Source: Candidatus Binatia bacterium (lineage in GTDB: Bacteria > Desulfobacterota > Binatia > UBA9968 > JAJDTQ01). Taken from it: DNA of 64,000 bases. The stretch covers positions 4,192,001 to 4,256,000 of the forward strand of contig OY762897.2 of the NCBI GenBank assembly GCA_963666515.2, in the 5' to 3' direction. The notes under the pieces are model-generated. The model was not told where the DNA came from and did no database searches. It saw only the letters and a program-made list of their open reading frames with translations. Below, piece by piece: positions 28,677-37,456 of the stretch (positions within the stretch are counted from its first letter, which is position 1; each line of letters starts with the position of its first letter). A program made the translations under genes and the position numbers.

Positions 28677-30701
28677 ATGAGAACCATCGCCGACACCACC
28701 CGCTTGAGAGACCTCCCCGGACTGGCGGCATCAGTGGCCGGTCCGCTGGTGCTGTACACGCTCACGCTACCCCGCACCGTGGTGCTGGAAGACGACGGCT
28801 TCTTCCTGATGGCCGGCGCTCACCTCGGCATCGCTCACCCGCCCGGCTACCCGCTCTTTACCCTGATCTGCCATCTGTTCATGCAGCTTCCGTTCGGCAC
28901 GCCGGCGTTTCTCGGGCACCTGTCCAGCGCGTTCCTGGGGGCATTGGCCTGCGGAGCGGTGTACGTCTGCGCCCGCCTGCTCGGCGCCTCATGGATACCG
29001 GCGCTGGCCGCGGCTTGGCTGTTCGGCGCCTCGGAGCACGTCTGGTCGCAGGCGATCATCGCCGAGGTTTACACGCTGAACGCGCTGTTGTTCTTCGCCG
29101 TCTATGCGCTGCTGCTCCAGGCTCCGGCGCGGGAGCGGGCGGCCGGAAAGCCGGCGAAGGCGAACGGGTTCTGGGCCGCGGCCGTCTACGGATTGAGCCT
29201 TGCCAACCACTGGCCGCTCATGGGACTGGCAACCCCAGGCCTTGCGCTGGCCGCCCTTCCCTCGTGGCGGGCGATGCCGCGCGGATGGCCTGCGCTCCTG
29301 GCCGGCTTTTCGCTGAGCGCGGCGCTTCCCTACGCCTGGATGGTGTGGCGGTCCTGGCAGGAGCCGGCCACGAGCTTTCTCGGCCCCATCGACAGTTGGA
29401 AATCCTTCGCCGACTACATCGGGCGTAAGGGCTATGCCGGCATCGGTGACGGCCCCAGCGCGGGATGGACGGACCGCCTTGAACTCCTGCAGTGGTTCGG
29501 CAATCAGGTCGTGTGGCAGTTGACGTTCGTGGGTTTCGTTCTCGCGCTGTTGGGTCTGACCATGCTGCTCCGCGAACGGCGGTTCTGCGAAGCCGGTTCC
29601 GGCGTGCTGGTCTTTCTCGGCCAGAGCGTCGCGCTCATGGTCCTGCTGAACTTTGATTTCGACTACTACTTCGTGACGGTCTTTCGCCCGTACTCTCTCG
29701 TGTGCTACGGATTGCTCGCAATCTGGCTGGCTATAGGCTTGCAGTTCGTCACGGACCGCCTCGCCACGAAGATATTACGGGCGGCGTGGCTCCGCGCAGC
29801 CGTAGCGGCATTGGCGGGTCTGGGGATGACCGTCTGGTCCGTCCAGTCACACTGGGAGATCAACAATCGCGCCGGCAGCGACGTCGCGGCGCGTCACGCG
29901 AACCTGCTGTTCGATCTCCTGCCCGAGAACGCAACACTGCTGGTCTCCGGCGATCTCGAGACCCCGACGCTCGGCTACTACCGGTTCGTCGAGAAACGCC
30001 GCCCGGACATCACCCTCATCAACACGAACGGCCTGATCTACGGCAACCGCCTGTTCCCGTCAGGCACGACCGAGGCCGAGCGCGAGGCCATCTTGCGGGC
30101 ATTCGTGGATGAACCCGGCAGGCAGGTCTTCCTGCTATCCGGCAGTCCGCCCTGTGAACAGTGCACCACCCGCTGGTACGGGCCGTTCAGGGAAGCCATC
30201 CAGGGCGCCTCCGGGACAATCGAAGTGCGCCCTGTTCCCGAGGTCGAGCAGTACTTCAAGGAAGCCGTGGAACGGCGGGTTCTCGATGCCTGGGAGTACC
30301 TGTATCTGAGCCGGTTCCTCTGGGACTACGGGAACTATCTCGGGTTCATGGTGGTGTCGAACCACCCTGACCTGATGGAAGTGGTGGACCGCATGCAGCC
30401 CTACGCGGAGCGGAACCATCACAGCCTGACCGGGATGATCGAGGTCCTGTTGAAGTACTGGAATCCGGAGCATGCGCAACGCGCAGCAGCCTTGCTGGAC
30501 AAGGCCGAACGCCTGCTTGCCGGCGCGCGGCTCACGACCTTTCAGAAGGGCCGATTCTACTACCTGAAGGGACGTTTGAAGTTGTTGCAGGGCGACGAGC
30601 AGGCGGCCGTGAAGTCCTATCGCCGTTCACGCGACCTCTATCCGCATCCCGAGAGGAACGACGCTCTCCGAGCCCTGGAACGGCTCCAGCGGGTACAATG
30701 A
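28677..30701 (+). CDS. DUF2723 membrane protein (TMEM260-like GT-C glycosyltransferase) with C-terminal TPR-like helices
   Basis: EDDG.F...LGIAHPPGYPLF, WSQAIIAEVYTLN, many TM segments, GDLETPTLGY, RRPDITLIN. Confidence 0.82.
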   Translation: MRTIADTTRLRDLPGLAASVAGPLVLYTLTLPRTVVLEDDGFFLMAGAHLGIAHPPGYPLFTLICHLFMQLPFGTPAFLGHLSSAFLGALACGAVYVCARLLGASWIPALAAAWLFGASEHVWSQAIIAEVYTLNALLFFAVYALLLQAPARERAAGKPAKANGFWAAAVYGLSLANHWPLMGLATPGLALAALPSWRAMPRGWPALLAGFSLSAALPYAWMVWRSWQEPATSFLGPIDSWKSFADYIGRKGYAGIGDGPSAGWTDRLELLQWFGNQVVWQLTFVGFVLALLGLTMLLRERRFCEAGSGVLVFLGQSVALMVLLNFDFDYYFVTVFRPYSLVCYGLLAIWLAIGLQFVTDRLATKILRAAWLRAAVAALAGLGMTVWSVQSHWEINNRAGSDVAARHANLLFDLLPENATLLVSGDLETPTLGYYRFVEKRRPDITLINTNGLIYGNRLFPSGTTEAEREAILRAFVDEPGRQVFLLSGSPPCEQCTTRWYGPFREAIQGASGTIEVRPVPEVEQYFKEAVERRVLDAWEYLYLSRFLWDYGNYLGFMVVSNHPDLMEVVDRMQPYAERNHHSLTGMIEVLLKYWNPEHAQRAAALLDKAERLLAGARLTTFQKGRFYYLKGRLKLLQGDEQAAVKSYRRSRDLYPHPERNDALRALERLQRVQ

Positions 30702-30752
30702 ACTCTGTGCAGTATCCTTGTATTTCTGGAACTGTGTGCCACAATTGCAAGG

Positions 30753-30872
30753 ATGATTGACCGAAGGATGTTGGTCGATCTGCAGTTCGTGCGCCGTCTG
30801 CCTCCCTACCATGCCAACGTGCGCAAGCGCCTCGTCAAGTCACCCAAGGTCTATCGGACTGTCGCTCGGTAG
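30753..30872 (+). pseudogene. Internally deleted remnant of an AAA_14/DUF4143 ATPase gene
   Basis: MIDRR fused in frame to MLVDLQFVRRLPPYHANVRKRLVKSPKVY (DUF4143 hallmark); preceded by palindrome 30714-30754. Confidence 0.72.
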
Positions 30873-30947
30873 CGGCATCCTTCAAGCGCGGACGAATCAC
30901 CACTGGACCGGCACACAGAGGTAGCAGTCTCAGGGAGGGACCTTGCC

Positions 30948-31886
30948 ATGAATACACGACGCTACCAGCTCCGCATCAGTGGCCTTAACGAATCTGAAGG
31001 TCAGATCAGGGCGGTAACCCTTGAGCGTGTCGTCTCCGCTTTGCGGGCAACCGCAGAACGCACAACACGTTTGCTCGCTACTGGCAAGAGTAGTGAAAAG
31101 GGACCAAAGCCTAGATGGCTCGACGCCACCACCGACTTCACCATCACTGGCTTGAAGGCAGGCTCCACGACGCTGGAGATGGAGGCGCCTCGCCTTGGCG
31201 CGACAGCTCGAGAGGCATTCGCTCAGCAGGAATTCTGGCGCAAGACGCCGAGCCTTCAAGACACTGCTCTCGACCTCGCTGCCTTCGCAATCGAAGAAGT
31301 TGGTGCTGATAACCCCTCTGGGGACCGTTTCGACACCGCCGTTATCCAAGCGATCCTTAGGTTTGGGAGCGCAGCAGTCGGAGGCGTCTCCTATGAGCTG
31401 AACCCAAAAGGTCGCGCAGGGGGACACTTTGTCCTGGACCAAGAGACACGGAATCGAGCCGCGGGCCAGTTGAAAAGGATTCCGAAGCCGAAAGCCTTCA
31501 TTGTAAGCGGCAGACTGGATGAAATTTGCCACGGGAGCGCACGATTTTGTCTTGTAACGAGTCAGAACATGCGTCTTCTTGGATGCCTGGACACTACCCA
31601 ACTGGACACAGAATCGCTGCGTCCCCTGTGGGGAAAACAGACTACGGTGGAAGGGATGGTTCATTTCAAGGCGAATGGCCAACCGCGGTTGATCCAGGCG
31701 CGCCGGATAAGTGGGCAGTTGGAAGGAGACAGCCTTTTCGAGGAAATGCCACTACTGGCAATTCCGGAGCCTCATAGGCTCCATAAGGCCCGGCGCGGAC
31801 CAACCTCGTCTTTCGATCCGATAGATCTCGCCGGTGCGTGGCCCGGTGATGAGTCGATTGAGGATCTGATGGCCGAGCTCGACTGA
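30948..31886 (+). CDS. Hypothetical protein, putative large antitoxin/sensor partner of the PIN toxin
   Basis: 312 aa, SD GGGAGG, lower GC; beta-rich C-terminal half; acidic tail DLAGAWPGDESIEDLMAELD; 18 nt before the PIN gene. Confidence 0.72.
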   Translation: MNTRRYQLRISGLNESEGQIRAVTLERVVSALRATAERTTRLLATGKSSEKGPKPRWLDATTDFTITGLKAGSTTLEMEAPRLGATAREAFAQQEFWRKTPSLQDTALDLAAFAIEEVGADNPSGDRFDTAVIQAILRFGSAAVGGVSYELNPKGRAGGHFVLDQETRNRAAGQLKRIPKPKAFIVSGRLDEICHGSARFCLVTSQNMRLLGCLDTTQLDTESLRPLWGKQTTVEGMVHFKANGQPRLIQARRISGQLEGDSLFEEMPLLAIPEPHRLHKARRGPTSSFDPIDLAGAWPGDESIEDLMAELD

Positions 31887-31904
31887 ACCTTCTCCCATGA
31901 CGCG

Positions 31905-32369
31905 ATGACGCGTTTCCTCCTCGACACCAGCATGCTGCTCGGCTTTATCCGTGAAGCGCCGTGGGCTCTCCGCGCGCGTACGGAGTACGATCTGGCAGAT
32001 CAGCAAACGATCATTTTCACATCCATCGTCTGCCATGGAGAAATACTGGCGCTTGCGGAAAAGAGAGGATGGGGCAGCAGGAGACGGGATCGGCTTGAAG
32101 ATGTGCTTGCCACAATTCCGACAATTGACATCGGAAGCCCTGGTATTTTGGCTGCATACGCTCTGGTAGACGCCTGGACGCATGGCAAAGACGTGGCTTC
32201 GCCTCGAAACCACCCGCCGCCAAAACCTGCTGTACCGATGTCCAAGAACGATCTCTGGATAGCTGCAACTGCTCACGTGAGCCAGGCTGTGCTCCTCTCG
32301 ACAGACAACGACTTCGCACACCTGGACAAGATATGGTTCGATTTCAAAAAGGTGGACATGGACGTGTGA
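31905..32369 (+). CDS. PIN/VapC-family ribonuclease
   Basis: FLLDTSML, TSIVCHGE, KNDLWIAATA, LLSTDNDF (acidic PIN residues intact). Confidence 0.88.
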   Translation: MTRFLLDTSMLLGFIREAPWALRARTEYDLADQQTIIFTSIVCHGEILALAEKRGWGSRRRDRLEDVLATIPTIDIGSPGILAAYALVDAWTHGKDVASPRNHPPPKPAVPMSKNDLWIAATAHVSQAVLLSTDNDFAHLDKIWFDFKKVDMDV

Positions 32370-32388
32370 GTGGGGACGGTATCCTGGT

Positions 32389-32561
32389 CCAATCCGGACA
32401 CTCCGCGATATCCCTCAATCACGGGCCAAGGCTGTGCTCGCCGACCTTCAACGCGACGCTACGGCTCGTGGTCTCGACAAGTTGTCGATGGATGAGATCG
32501 ACACCGAGATCCAGGCATCGCGCAAGCGGCGAGACCTGGATTGAAGATTGTCATTGACAGT
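32389..32561 (+). pseudogene. Remnant TA pair: antitoxin C-terminus plus the first codons of a PIN toxin
   Basis: ...RTLRDIPQSRAKAVLADLQRDATARGLDKLSMDEIDTEIQASRKRRDLD* (stop 32544) overlaps TTG-KIVIDS at 32541; no start codon, toxin truncated. Confidence 0.6.
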
Positions 32562-32566
32562 GTAGT

Positions 32567-34003
32567 TCAGGCCGGCTTCCGCCCAACCCACCCCGCCGCC
32601 TGCTCATAGGCGTGCGCCACCTGGAACACCCGGCCTTCGTCGAAACACGCCCCCACGACCTGCAAGCCCAACGGCAACCCCGTAGCCGTGAACCCGCAGC
32701 ACACGCTCAGCGCCGGCAGGCCCGTGACGTTGAAGGGGATGGTGCAGCGGGTGCCGATGCTGCCGCTGGGGTGGCGGAACGGGACCCGGCGGCCGGCTAC
32801 ATCGGCGAAGCCCTGCTTGCATTCCTCGATGGTGGGGGCGGCGATGCCGACGGTGGGGGCGACGATGACCTGGACGTCTTCGAGGGCTTCCTCGAATTCG
32901 CGGCAGATGACGCGCCGGACCCGTTGTGAGGTGACGTAGGCGGAGGCGGGGACGGTGAGGGAGGCGATGTTCCGGTGCAACAGCTCGCGGCTGTAGTCCC
33001 GGGGCTGCGTGCGGATGTAGGGCTCGTGGGCGACGAGGTTCTCGCATCGGCTGGTGGCGGTCTGGACGGCGGGGACGGCGTCCATGTGGGGGATGGTGAC
33101 TTCCTGGACCCGCATGCCCAAGGATTCCAGGGCGGCGAGAGCTTCCCGCAACGACTTGGCGACCTCGTCCACCATGAGTTCGTCGAAGTAGCCCTTGACG
33201 ACGCCCACCTTCATGCCGGCTACCGGGTTGCCGAGGCTTTCGGTGTAGTCGGGCACGGGCTCGGTTGAGCACAGGGGGTCGTTGGGGTCTTCGCCGGCGA
33301 TGGCTGCCAGCACCAGGGCGCAGTCTTCCACGGTCTTGGTGAAGGGGCCGAAGTGGTCCGACGAGAATCCGCCGGTGCCGGCGACACCGCCGTAGCGGCT
33401 CACCCGGCCGTAGGTGGCCTTGAGGCCCACGGTGCCGCACCAGGCCGCGGGGTTCCGCACGGAGCCAGCGTTGTCGGTGCCGATGGAGATCAGGCACAGG
33501 TCTGCGGCCACCGCTGCGGCCGAGCCGCCGCTGGAGCCTCCCGGCACCCGGGTGGTGTCCCACGGGTTGTGCGTGGTGCCGAAGTAGGGGTTCATGGTGG
33601 TGCCGCCGCCGGCCCACTCGTGCATGTTGTTCTTGCCCAGGACGATGGCTCCGGCCTGCCGCAGCCGGGTTACCACGGTGGCGTCGAAGTCGGGCCTCCA
33701 GTCCGCCAGGATCTTGCTGCCGGCGGTGGTGGGATAGCCCTTGACCGCGAGGTTGTCCTTGATGGACACGGGCACGCCGTGGAGAGGGCCGCGGTAGTTG
33801 CCGCCGGCGATTTCATCCTCCGCCCGGCGCGCGTCCGCCATGGCGTCCTGCTCCATGACGGTGCTGTAGGCGTTGATCGCGGGATTGAGGCGCTTGATCC
33901 GCTCCAGGTAGCAAGCGGTCACCTCTACCGGCGACACTTCGCGTGAGGCGATGCGCGGGGCTAGGCTGGCGATGGTGAGTGTTGTGGGGTCCAGATCAGG
34001 CAT
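32567..34003 (-). CDS. Amidase signature family protein
   Basis: GPLHGVPVSIKDN, GGSSGGSAAAVA, IGTDNAGSVRNPA. Confidence 0.92.
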   Translation of the reverse strand: MPDLDPTTLTIASLAPRIASREVSPVEVTACYLERIKRLNPAINAYSTVMEQDAMADARRAEDEIAGGNYRGPLHGVPVSIKDNLAVKGYPTTAGSKILADWRPDFDATVVTRLRQAGAIVLGKNNMHEWAGGGTTMNPYFGTTHNPWDTTRVPGGSSGGSAAAVAADLCLISIGTDNAGSVRNPAAWCGTVGLKATYGRVSRYGGVAGTGGFSSDHFGPFTKTVEDCALVLAAIAGEDPNDPLCSTEPVPDYTESLGNPVAGMKVGVVKGYFDELMVDEVAKSLREALAALESLGMRVQEVTIPHMDAVPAVQTATSRCENLVAHEPYIRTQPRDYSRELLHRNIASLTVPASAYVTSQRVRRVICREFEEALEDVQVIVAPTVGIAAPTIEECKQGFADVAGRRVPFRHPSGSIGTRCTIPFNVTGLPALSVCCGFTATGLPLGLQVVGACFDEGRVFQVAHAYEQAAGWVGRKPA

Positions 34004-34019
34004 GGGGCTTCCTTTAGCG

Positions 34020-35021
34020 TTAGTCGAGGTCGGCGCAAGCCGGGATGACCTCGCGCCCCCAGAGGTCCATGACCTCGTCGAGCACGCGCATGGGCGGTGT
34101 CAGCAGCAGGTGTTTCACGCCGGCTTCGGCCAGCTCACGGACGCGGGTCAGGCACTCCTCCGGGGTGCCGGCGATGGCGAAGCGGCGCAGCATGTAGTCG
34201 GTGATGAGCGCGGGGTCCGCCCGTTCCTCCAGGGGCTTGCTGATGTCGAAGCCGGCCATGAAGCGCTGGACCCCGGCCAGTTCCTCGGGCGGCACGGTCT
34301 CCGTCGTGAAGCGGAAGTTGTGATGGGCGCGGTTGGCCAAGCGTGCGCGCACCCGTTCGCGGGCACGGGCGCCGTCCTCGTCCACACAGATCATGCCCGC
34401 CATGGCGACGTCGATGTCGGACAGGTCCCGGCCGTCTTCACGAGCGCCGGCGGCGATGTGGGCCTGCGCCCATTCCAGCACGTCGAGGTCGAACCCGGTG
34501 CCCAGCATGATGCCGTCGGCGTAGCGTCCGGCCACCCGCAGGCTCCGAGGACCCACCGAAGCCACGTACACCGGCACCGGGAGCCTGCCCACGTTGAGGG
34601 AGGCCGCGCCGGCGCCTTCGTCGCCCTGGGGCACCTCGATGGAGCGCCCTCCCAGAAGCTCGCGGATGGTGGCCAATCCGGCGGCGAAATCTGCCAGCCG
34701 CGTGGCCTTGCGCCCCAGCCGGTAGGTGGAGCCGTCGCCGGTCGCCAGGCCTAGGATGGCCCGTCCGCCCGAGAACTCGTTGGACGTGGCCACGGACAGG
34801 GCCAGGGTCGTGGGGTCGCGGTAGGCCATGGTGGTGGCGGCGATGCCGAAACGGAGCCTTTCCGTCCGCAGCGCGCACACGGTCATGGCCTGGAACCCGT
34901 CCAGGTTGTTCAGGTGGCCGTCGGCGAAGAAGAGGGCATGGAAGCCCAGAGCTTCTGCGGCCACGGCGCGGCGGGTGATCTCTTCCGCGTTCCGGGCCGG
35001 GGCGTGGATCGAGAACAGCAC
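34020..35021 (-). CDS. LLM-class flavin-dependent oxidoreductase (Mer-like)
   Basis: AEALGFHALFFADGH, SGGRAILGLATGD, VYVASVGPRSLRVAGRYADG, IAGTPEEC. Confidence 0.88.
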   Translation of the reverse strand: MLFSIHAPARNAEEITRRAVAAEALGFHALFFADGHLNNLDGFQAMTVCALRTERLRFGIAATTMAYRDPTTLALSVATSNEFSGGRAILGLATGDGSTYRLGRKATRLADFAAGLATIRELLGGRSIEVPQGDEGAGAASLNVGRLPVPVYVASVGPRSLRVAGRYADGIMLGTGFDLDVLEWAQAHIAAGAREDGRDLSDIDVAMAGMICVDEDGARARERVRARLANRAHHNFRFTTETVPPEELAGVQRFMAGFDISKPLEERADPALITDYMLRRFAIAGTPEECLTRVRELAEAGVKHLLLTPPMRVLDEVMDLWGREVIPACADLD

Positions 35022-35043
35022 GTTTGTCTTTTCGTTCAGTGCC

Positions 35044-36105
35044 CTACGCCATCCCGAACAGCCGCATGGCGTTGCCGCCCAGGATCTTCTCCTTGTCCTC
35101 GTCGGAGATGCCTTCCAGTTCCTGCACCATCCGCACCGTGCCTTCCTTCCAGGTGCCCGACGGGTCGTTGTGCGGGTAGTCGCTGCCCACGGTCAGGTTG
35201 TGGTCCTTCCAGAAGTCGCAGGCGTAGCGGACCGAGGTCTCGGCGGCGAAGGCGGACACCCAGATCTGGCTGAAGAACTCGCTGGGGGCCTTGCCGAGCC
35301 GCTTGCGCGCGTCGGGGTCCATGTCCAGGCGGTTCATGAGCCAGGGCACGAAGGCGGCGGAGCCTTCCACGAAGCAGATGCGCAGGTCGGGGAACTCCTT
35401 CAGCGCGCCGCGCAGGATCAGGCTGCCCATGTCGACGATGTAGCGGAAGGGGAACGCCAGCAGAAAGGGCAGGGCGTTGTTGTCCGCCTCCAGGAAGAGC
35501 TGCTCGATGCCCACCAGCGCGGGGTTGGGATGGCCCTGCCGGTCCGACGCGGTGTCGTGCACCAGGATCGGCACGTCGAGTTGGCACACCTTGTCGTAGA
35601 ACGGCCACAGCCGCTCGGCGCCCAGGTTGGCGTCCTCAAAGCCGCCCATGAACTTCACGGCCTTGAGCCCCAACTGCTTCACCATCCGGTCCAGCTCCCT
35701 GCAGGACTCCTCCACGTCCGGCAGGAACACCCAGCCGACGCCGATGTAGCGCTCGGGATGGGCGCATTCCGCCAGGTCCCGGGCCACCGCGTCGTTGTAG
35801 CGCCGGGCCAGCTCGCAGCCGAGGTCGCGGTCCCAGGTGTACAGCAGTTCGCGATTCTCCGGGATGAGCACGTGCTTGTCGAACCCCTCGAAGTCGGCCT
35901 GGGCGACACGGGTGTCCAGGTCCCAGCGCCCCTTAGGTGCCTGGTTCTTGATGAGGGTGCCGTCCGGCAAGACGGACTTGACCTCGTCGCCGTTCCGCAC
36001 CACCCGCGGCGATTCGGGGTACTGGTCGCTGATCCCTTCCAGGAACTTCACCGGGAAGTAGTGCGTGTCGCAGTCGATGTACATCCGCCGTCCTCCGTTA
36101 CGCAT
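35044..36105 (-). CDS. Amidohydrolase_2 family protein
   Basis: IDCDTH, YNDAVA, VPILVH, FPDLRICFVEG, GSDYPH. Confidence 0.88.
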   Translation of the reverse strand: MRNGGRRMYIDCDTHYFPVKFLEGISDQYPESPRVVRNGDEVKSVLPDGTLIKNQAPKGRWDLDTRVAQADFEGFDKHVLIPENRELLYTWDRDLGCELARRYNDAVARDLAECAHPERYIGVGWVFLPDVEESCRELDRMVKQLGLKAVKFMGGFEDANLGAERLWPFYDKVCQLDVPILVHDTASDRQGHPNPALVGIEQLFLEADNNALPFLLAFPFRYIVDMGSLILRGALKEFPDLRICFVEGSAAFVPWLMNRLDMDPDARKRLGKAPSEFFSQIWVSAFAAETSVRYACDFWKDHNLTVGSDYPHNDPSGTWKEGTVRMVQELEGISDEDKEKILGGNAMRLFGMA

Positions 36106-37195
36106 ACGTGAAGATCGCCCGCCCCAGGATTCTCCCTTCGGCGAGGTCGTCCACGGCCTCGTTGACTTGGTCCAGGGTGTAGCGGCGGGTCACCAGGTCG
36201 TCGAGCTTGAGCTTGCCTTCGCGGTACCAGCGGACGAAGGTCGGGAAGTCGCGGTCCGGGAGGCAGTCGCCGGCGTGGGTGCGGGTGAAGTAGCGGCCGC
36301 CGGCGAAGAGGTTGGTGTTGATGAGCGGCGTGGCGCCCGAGGGCGGCAGGCCGATGAGCAGGGCGGTGCCGCCGCGCTCCAGCCCCGGAGCCCCGGTGCG
36401 CACCGAGCGCAGGATCTGCTCCTGGGTGGTGGGATGCCCCACCGCGTCCAGGGCGTAGTCCGCGCCGCCGCCGGTCAGCTCGGTGATGGCCTCCACCGGG
36501 TCCACCTTGCTGGCATTGATGCAGTGGGTGGCGCCGAAGCCCTTGGCGAACTCCAGCTTCTCGTCGTCCAGGTCCACCGCGATGAGCGGGTAGGCGTCCA
36601 CCACCGCCGCGGCCGAGACCGCGCACATGCCGATGCCGCCCACGCCGTAGACGGCCACCGACTGGCCCGGCCGCACTTTCAGCGTGTTGATGATGGCGCC
36701 CGAGCCGGTGGTGACCGCACAACCGATGATGGAGGTCACGTCCGTGTCCACGTCGTCGTCCATGGGAAGCACCACCCGCTCCGAGGCCACCAGGTGCTCC
36801 GCCCAGGTGGACGCCGACGCCCAGATGGACTCCTCGCGCCAAGTGGCCGGGATCGGCGGCCGCATGTTGAGGGCATGGGACACGGGCGGCAGCGGCGACT
36901 CGGGGGCGTTGCGGTCCACCCAGGTGGTGAAGACCCGGTCGCCCTCCTTCACGTGAGTGACGTCACGTCCCGCGGCCACCACCACGCCGGTGGACTCGTG
37001 GCCCAGGAGCGCCGGCAGCTTGGAGCGCTGCTCCTCCGGCGTGCGATGGATCTGGTGGAGCTGGGAGTGGCAGATGCCGCTGGCGAAGAGCTTCACCAGC
37101 ACCTGGTCGGGCGCCGGGTCCGGGAAGGTGACCTCGTCCACCACCAGGGGCTTGCGCGATTCCACCAGGATGGCCGCACGGGACTTCGTTGGCAT
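36098..37195 (-). CDS. Zn-binding alcohol dehydrogenase (MDR) family
   Basis: GICHSQLH, LLGHESTG, GCAVTTG, VYGVGGIG; lacks the four-Cys structural Zn lobe; start MPTKSRA. Confidence 0.88.
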   Translation of the reverse strand: MPTKSRAAILVESRKPLVVDEVTFPDPAPDQVLVKLFASGICHSQLHQIHRTPEEQRSKLPALLGHESTGVVVAAGRDVTHVKEGDRVFTTWVDRNAPESPLPPVSHALNMRPPIPATWREESIWASASTWAEHLVASERVVLPMDDDVDTDVTSIIGCAVTTGSGAIINTLKVRPGQSVAVYGVGGIGMCAVSAAAVVDAYPLIAVDLDDEKLEFAKGFGATHCINASKVDPVEAITELTGGGADYALDAVGHPTTQEQILRSVRTGAPGLERGGTALLIGLPPSGATPLINTNLFAGGRYFTRTHAGDCLPDRDFPTFVRWYREGKLKLDDLVTRRYTLDQVNEAVDDLAEGRILGRAIFTYA

Positions 37196-37456
37196 GGCGT
37201 TTTCCTTTCCGTCAGACAGCCCCGCGGCCGTGCCGGCTCCAAGGCTGTATCGCCGCGCAAGGGCGGCTACGCATTTTTCGTGAGTAGTTGCCGCCGGGTG
37301 GTTTGTCAAGGGATCGTCCGGCCGCGGTTTCCGCTGGTTCCGCGTTCGAAAAGGTGGTATCCACGTCTACGGAATTCAGCGTTCCGTCGCCATGCCCGCG
37401 CATCTTCATGCCTTGATTCGCAAGACGGGACGCCAGGAAAACGGGAGGTAACGATC

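Noticed and set aside
32567-34003. gatA
   Set aside because: No gatC/gatB adjacent; catabolic context fits a general amidase
36065-37456. Apparent 822-aa fusion ending in an amidohydrolase
   Set aside because: The N-terminal part is antisense to the Zn-ADH; the real gene starts at 37457 with an SD
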